Positions 17,827-20,000 of a stretch of 20,000 bases of DNA are shown piece after piece. The stretch's first letter is position 1. Every line of letters starts with the position of its first letter. This DNA comes from an uncultured virus (IMG/VR IMGVR_UViG_3300025133_000070) (Duplodnaviria; Heunggongvirae; Uroviricota; Caudoviricetes), in IMG/VR virus record IMGVR_UViG_3300025133_000070. One strand, written 5' to 3'. The notes beneath the pieces are model-generated. The model was not told the DNA's origin, ran no database searches, and was given only the letters and a program-made list of their open reading frames with translations. Position numbers and translations under genes: made by a program.

Positions 17827-18001
17827 TTACGCTAGAAGTTTCACCTTCTAATTCAAAGATCCAGTCAATTCCTTTAGCAATCCCAATTCCAGCCCCAGCA
17901 ACAAGCCCAAGCAAAATTAAAATTTCTGCTAAACTCATTCTGTAAACTGAAAATGGTGTTCTAAACCTGTCCTTGAAAAATACTGCCCATATTGGATTCA
18001 T
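17816..18001 (-). CDS. Small single-TM protein (61 aa)
   Basis: GGAGGT SD; ATGA overlap with the upstream gene; ILILLGLVAGAGIGIA segment. Confidence 0.7.
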   Translation of the reverse strand: MNPIWAVFFKDRFRTPFSVYRMSLAEILILLGLVAGAGIGIAKGIDWIFELEGETSSVNDK

Positions 18002-18366
18002 TTTTTACCTCCTAATAACTCATCCTCTTTTCCTTGTCCGTTTTCTACGATTCCTTTCAAAATCGTACTCAGATTCGTCACTACCAGTGTGATTAAACCC
18101 GCCACGACCGCTATGCTTTCTGATGGAATGAATTTAATACTACCAATGAACGCGAGTACGAGAATTAATAAGTATAGCCCTGCAAATTTTGCGAGGTGCT
18201 TAGAAGCAGTTTCCTTTGCACTTTCTTTTATGAGTAATTCTCTGAACTTAGCGTCAGACTCAGCTTGTAATTTATCTACCTCAACTCTACCCTCAGCTTC
18301 TTTCAGCTTTAAAGCAGAAGTTACATCAATATATCCTTTTCCATCAACCATCGGTGTTTGTCCCAT
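17998..18366 (-). CDS. Two-TM membrane protein, holin-like topology (122 aa)
   Basis: FAGLYLLILVLAFIGSI and IAVVAGLITLVVTNL segments after a charged coiled-coil; upstream CCTACATA motif and AGGA. Confidence 0.6.
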   Translation of the reverse strand: MGQTPMVDGKGYIDVTSALKLKEAEGRVEVDKLQAESDAKFRELLIKESAKETASKHLAKFAGLYLLILVLAFIGSIKFIPSESIAVVAGLITLVVTNLSTILKGIVENGQGKEDELLGGKK

Positions 18367-18427
18367 TATTTATTCCTATCCTCTGATTATATGTAGGAGA
18401 TCTTGGAGGTTTTTGCGCCGAATTTTT

Positions 18428-19501
18428 TTAAGGTCCAGTTGGAGTCCAGTCTTCTCCACAACAACCAATACAAGTTCCATCACCATTCCATAGCAAAGTA
18501 AAACTATCATCCCCTGCTGTATCTTTAGGTTGGCATGGATATCCAGACAAAAACATTTCCCAAGCTTCTCCACACTTAGCTTCACATCCTCCTAACGATG
18601 CAGGTAGAATTCCTCCTATCGTACCGCAATCCTCTTTGTTACACCCAACGTCTCCCCCTTTCCCGTTGTAAGAGGAGGTGGGAGCCATAGCTTGGAATAA
18701 ACAACATAGGTATTTACAAATACTACATTTAGCGGAATCTGAATCTCCTCCAGCAGCAGCCGCATCAGCAAGGGCATTATATTTCCCAATCGTTTCTAAA
18801 ACTTTATATGCTGTCAACGCTTTACCTTTTTCGCCCCCACCAGGCATTTGATTAAAATCAATTGATTTTTCTCCACCGTCAGTTCCAAAAAACTCAACTA
18901 ATTCACGTTCGGGATCACAAGTAATCCATCGTTTGTCACAAATGATATAGTGGTGAGCCTTGCAGTATAATTTGCAATGGGCTTTTACCCCCAGGACCTT
19001 GCGTAAGATCCAGGTGCCTCCGTCGCCTGGGAAGTCACCCCAATCACAAGCTGTCTTCTTATCTGATGGCAAGTGGGCCGAACAAGGTTTTCTTGATAAC
19101 CAAAACCCTAAATCCTTAGTCGTCTTTTTGCAATGGGCATGATTGACATCAAAAGGATCGAATCCTTCCTCTTTAGTTAGACAATAAGTTCCATTAAAAT
19201 TATTTTCCATTAATTCATATTGACAGCGTGTAGGACATTTTCTAGGATTATCAACATGACCGACAGTATCACAATCAAAATGATCACTCAAATCGTCTAT
19301 AGCGAGAATTGCTTTAAGCTTAACTTCTCCTTCCCAATCACCTCCCCCTATGGGCGTCAGATATGGCTTATCTTTTTCATACTCAACATCTAATCTCAGG
19401 CGAAGTCTAAAATATCTACACTTTCTCCAGGAAGGACCACCATCCCCGTCCCCGAATGAAGATTGGCCTCCTGTTGTAAGGGGTTGTCCGAATTTACTCA
19501 T
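18428..19501 (-). CDS. Cysteine-rich hypothetical protein (357 aa)
   Basis: Long ORF with 24 Cys by hand count; CCTAGATA ends 4 nt before the ATG. Confidence 0.75.
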   Translation of the reverse strand: MSKFGQPLTTGGQSSFGDGDGGPSWRKCRYFRLRLRLDVEYEKDKPYLTPIGGGDWEGEVKLKAILAIDDLSDHFDCDTVGHVDNPRKCPTRCQYELMENNFNGTYCLTKEEGFDPFDVNHAHCKKTTKDLGFWLSRKPCSAHLPSDKKTACDWGDFPGDGGTWILRKVLGVKAHCKLYCKAHHYIICDKRWITCDPERELVEFFGTDGGEKSIDFNQMPGGGEKGKALTAYKVLETIGKYNALADAAAAGGDSDSAKCSICKYLCCLFQAMAPTSSYNGKGGDVGCNKEDCGTIGGILPASLGGCEAKCGEAWEMFLSGYPCQPKDTAGDDSFTLLWNGDGTCIGCCGEDWTPTGP

Positions 19502-19505
19502 ACTG

Positions 19506-19513
19506 TATCTAGG
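19506..19513 (-). promoter_or_regulatory. CCTAGATA candidate late promoter, leaderless geometry
   Basis: Minus strand reads CCTAGATA-CAGT-ATG with no SD; same octamer at 4812-4819 and 17780-17787. Confidence 0.5.
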
Positions 19514-19523
19514 GTAGATTTAA

Positions 19524-19659
19524 AGGAGTCCCAATTTTTTTTATTTATTAGGAGTCCCAATTTTTTTTATTTATTAGGAGTCCCTTAAAACAAGTAGGAG
19601 TCCCTCTAATAATATTTGTATAGGTATCTATAGGTCGCGTAGCCGTACATAGGAGTCCC
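19524..19659. repeat. Five direct repeats of AGGAGTCCC, including a perfect 26-bp tandem duplication
   Basis: Copies at 19524, 19550, 19576, 19596, 19651; first two units are AGGAGTCCCAATTTTTTTTATTTATT. Confidence 0.95.
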
Positions 19660-19682
19660 ATCAACGCGAGATTTTCCGGCGG

Positions 19683-19731
19683 TTTGAACGGTCATAAGTA
19701 TAGTATTGACAAGCACTTATGACGATTCAAA
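19683..19731. repeat. 17-bp inverted repeat (2 mismatches) with 15-nt spacer containing TTGACA
   Basis: TTTGAACGGTCATAAGT (19683-19699) and ACTTATGACGATTCAAA (19715-19731). Confidence 0.85.
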
Positions 19732-19750
19732 AATAAACAACACAAAGGGG

Positions 19751-19779
19751 TTGCTTTATGCCTCCAAATAGACGATAAT
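19751..19779 (+). promoter_or_regulatory. Sigma70-type promoter, leaderless
   Basis: TTGCTT-N17-GATAAT with an A-rich UP-like tract upstream; ATG 19786 lies 6 nt after the -10, no SD. Confidence 0.65.
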
Positions 19780-19785
19780 ATACAT

Positions 19786-20000
19786 ATGAACGATCTAACA
19801 AAGACATGCCTCAAGGGCATCATGTACTACGCTATCGCCATCACTTGCTTCCTCTCACTGGTGAGCATGGCAAGTGCTAACACTAAGACCTACTCCAATA
19901 GGGACATACTAGATGCCCTGAGACAAGTGGAGACTGGAGGCTGTCCCAATGAGGGCATAGGTGCTAAGGGTGACAATGGCAATGCTATTGGGCCTTATCA
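19786..20000 (+). CDS. Signal-peptide-bearing lysozyme-fold protein (destabilase/SLT-like), truncated by window edge
   Basis: Not in the ORF track. MNDLTKTCLKGIMYYAIAITCFLSLVSMASA-NTKTYSNRDILDALRQVETGGCPNEGIGAKGDNGNAIGPY; catalytic-type Glu in RQVET, GD.G.A.GPY motif, AxA cleavage site. Confidence 0.75.
   Translation, partial: MNDLTKTCLKGIMYYAIAITCFLSLVSMASANTKTYSNRDILDALRQVETGGCPNEGIGAKGDNGNAIGPY

Noticed and set aside
18376..18585. 69-aa ORF overlapping the Cys-rich gene
   Set aside because: Mostly out-of-frame overlap with the 357-aa ORF, no SD, and it runs across the next gene's promoter region.
702..19142. Other short track ORFs nested in or antisense to long genes (e.g. 702, 2806, 3039, 3648, 3716, 7419, 7739, 7797, 8424, 8444, 9178, 11837, 11853, 12336, 13542, 14491, 14717, 14889, 17399, 17503, 18089, 18960)
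   Set aside because: They overlap better-supported genes, lack RBS or motifs, and have the composition of off-frame translations.
19524..19659. Mini CRISPR array, given the Cas4-like nuclease in the window
   Set aside because: Repeats are only 9 bp, spacers are 11-46 bp and the first two are identical. Stand-alone Cas4-like PD-(D/E)XK nucleases are common in phages and no cas genes are present.
19706..19734. Promoter built on TTGACA at 19706
   Set aside because: The hexamer 17 bp downstream is AAAAAT, a poor -10; the promoter at 19751-19779 fits the downstream ATG better.

Overview
A gene-dense, AT-rich segment of a large tailed dsDNA phage distantly related to T4-like myoviruses. No cellular housekeeping genes, rRNA, tRNA, CRISPR array or IS element were seen. 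Most genes lie on the minus strand and look like late/morphogenesis genes: gp17-type large terminase directly overlapping a gp20-type portal, an acidic 538-aa putative prohead-core protein, a 782-aa repeat-built fibre, a gp26/gp51-type tail/baseplate assembly protein, a 595-aa tape-measure-like protein and several small membrane or basic proteins. Plus-strand genes (TOPRIM primase, UvsW-like helicase, glycosyltransferase, two small ORFs) are interleaved, mostly head-to-head with a minus-strand gene. Most notable: (1) a probable programmed -1 frameshift (A AAT TTT TTC, 6004-6013) joining the gp26-like gene to a start-less 63-codon ORF missed by the ORF track, as in lambda G/GT and P2 E/E' tail chaperones; (2) a non-coding strand-switch region (19502-19785) with five AGGAGTCCC repeats, T-tracts, a 17-bp inverted repeat and a leaderless sigma70-type promoter driving a signal-peptide lysozyme-like gene; (3) primase and a PD-(D/E)XK nuclease both starting inside one palindrome; (4) a recurring YYTAGATA candidate late promoter; (5) a 24-Cys orphan protein. 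All family assignments come from motifs recognised by eye; no searches were run.
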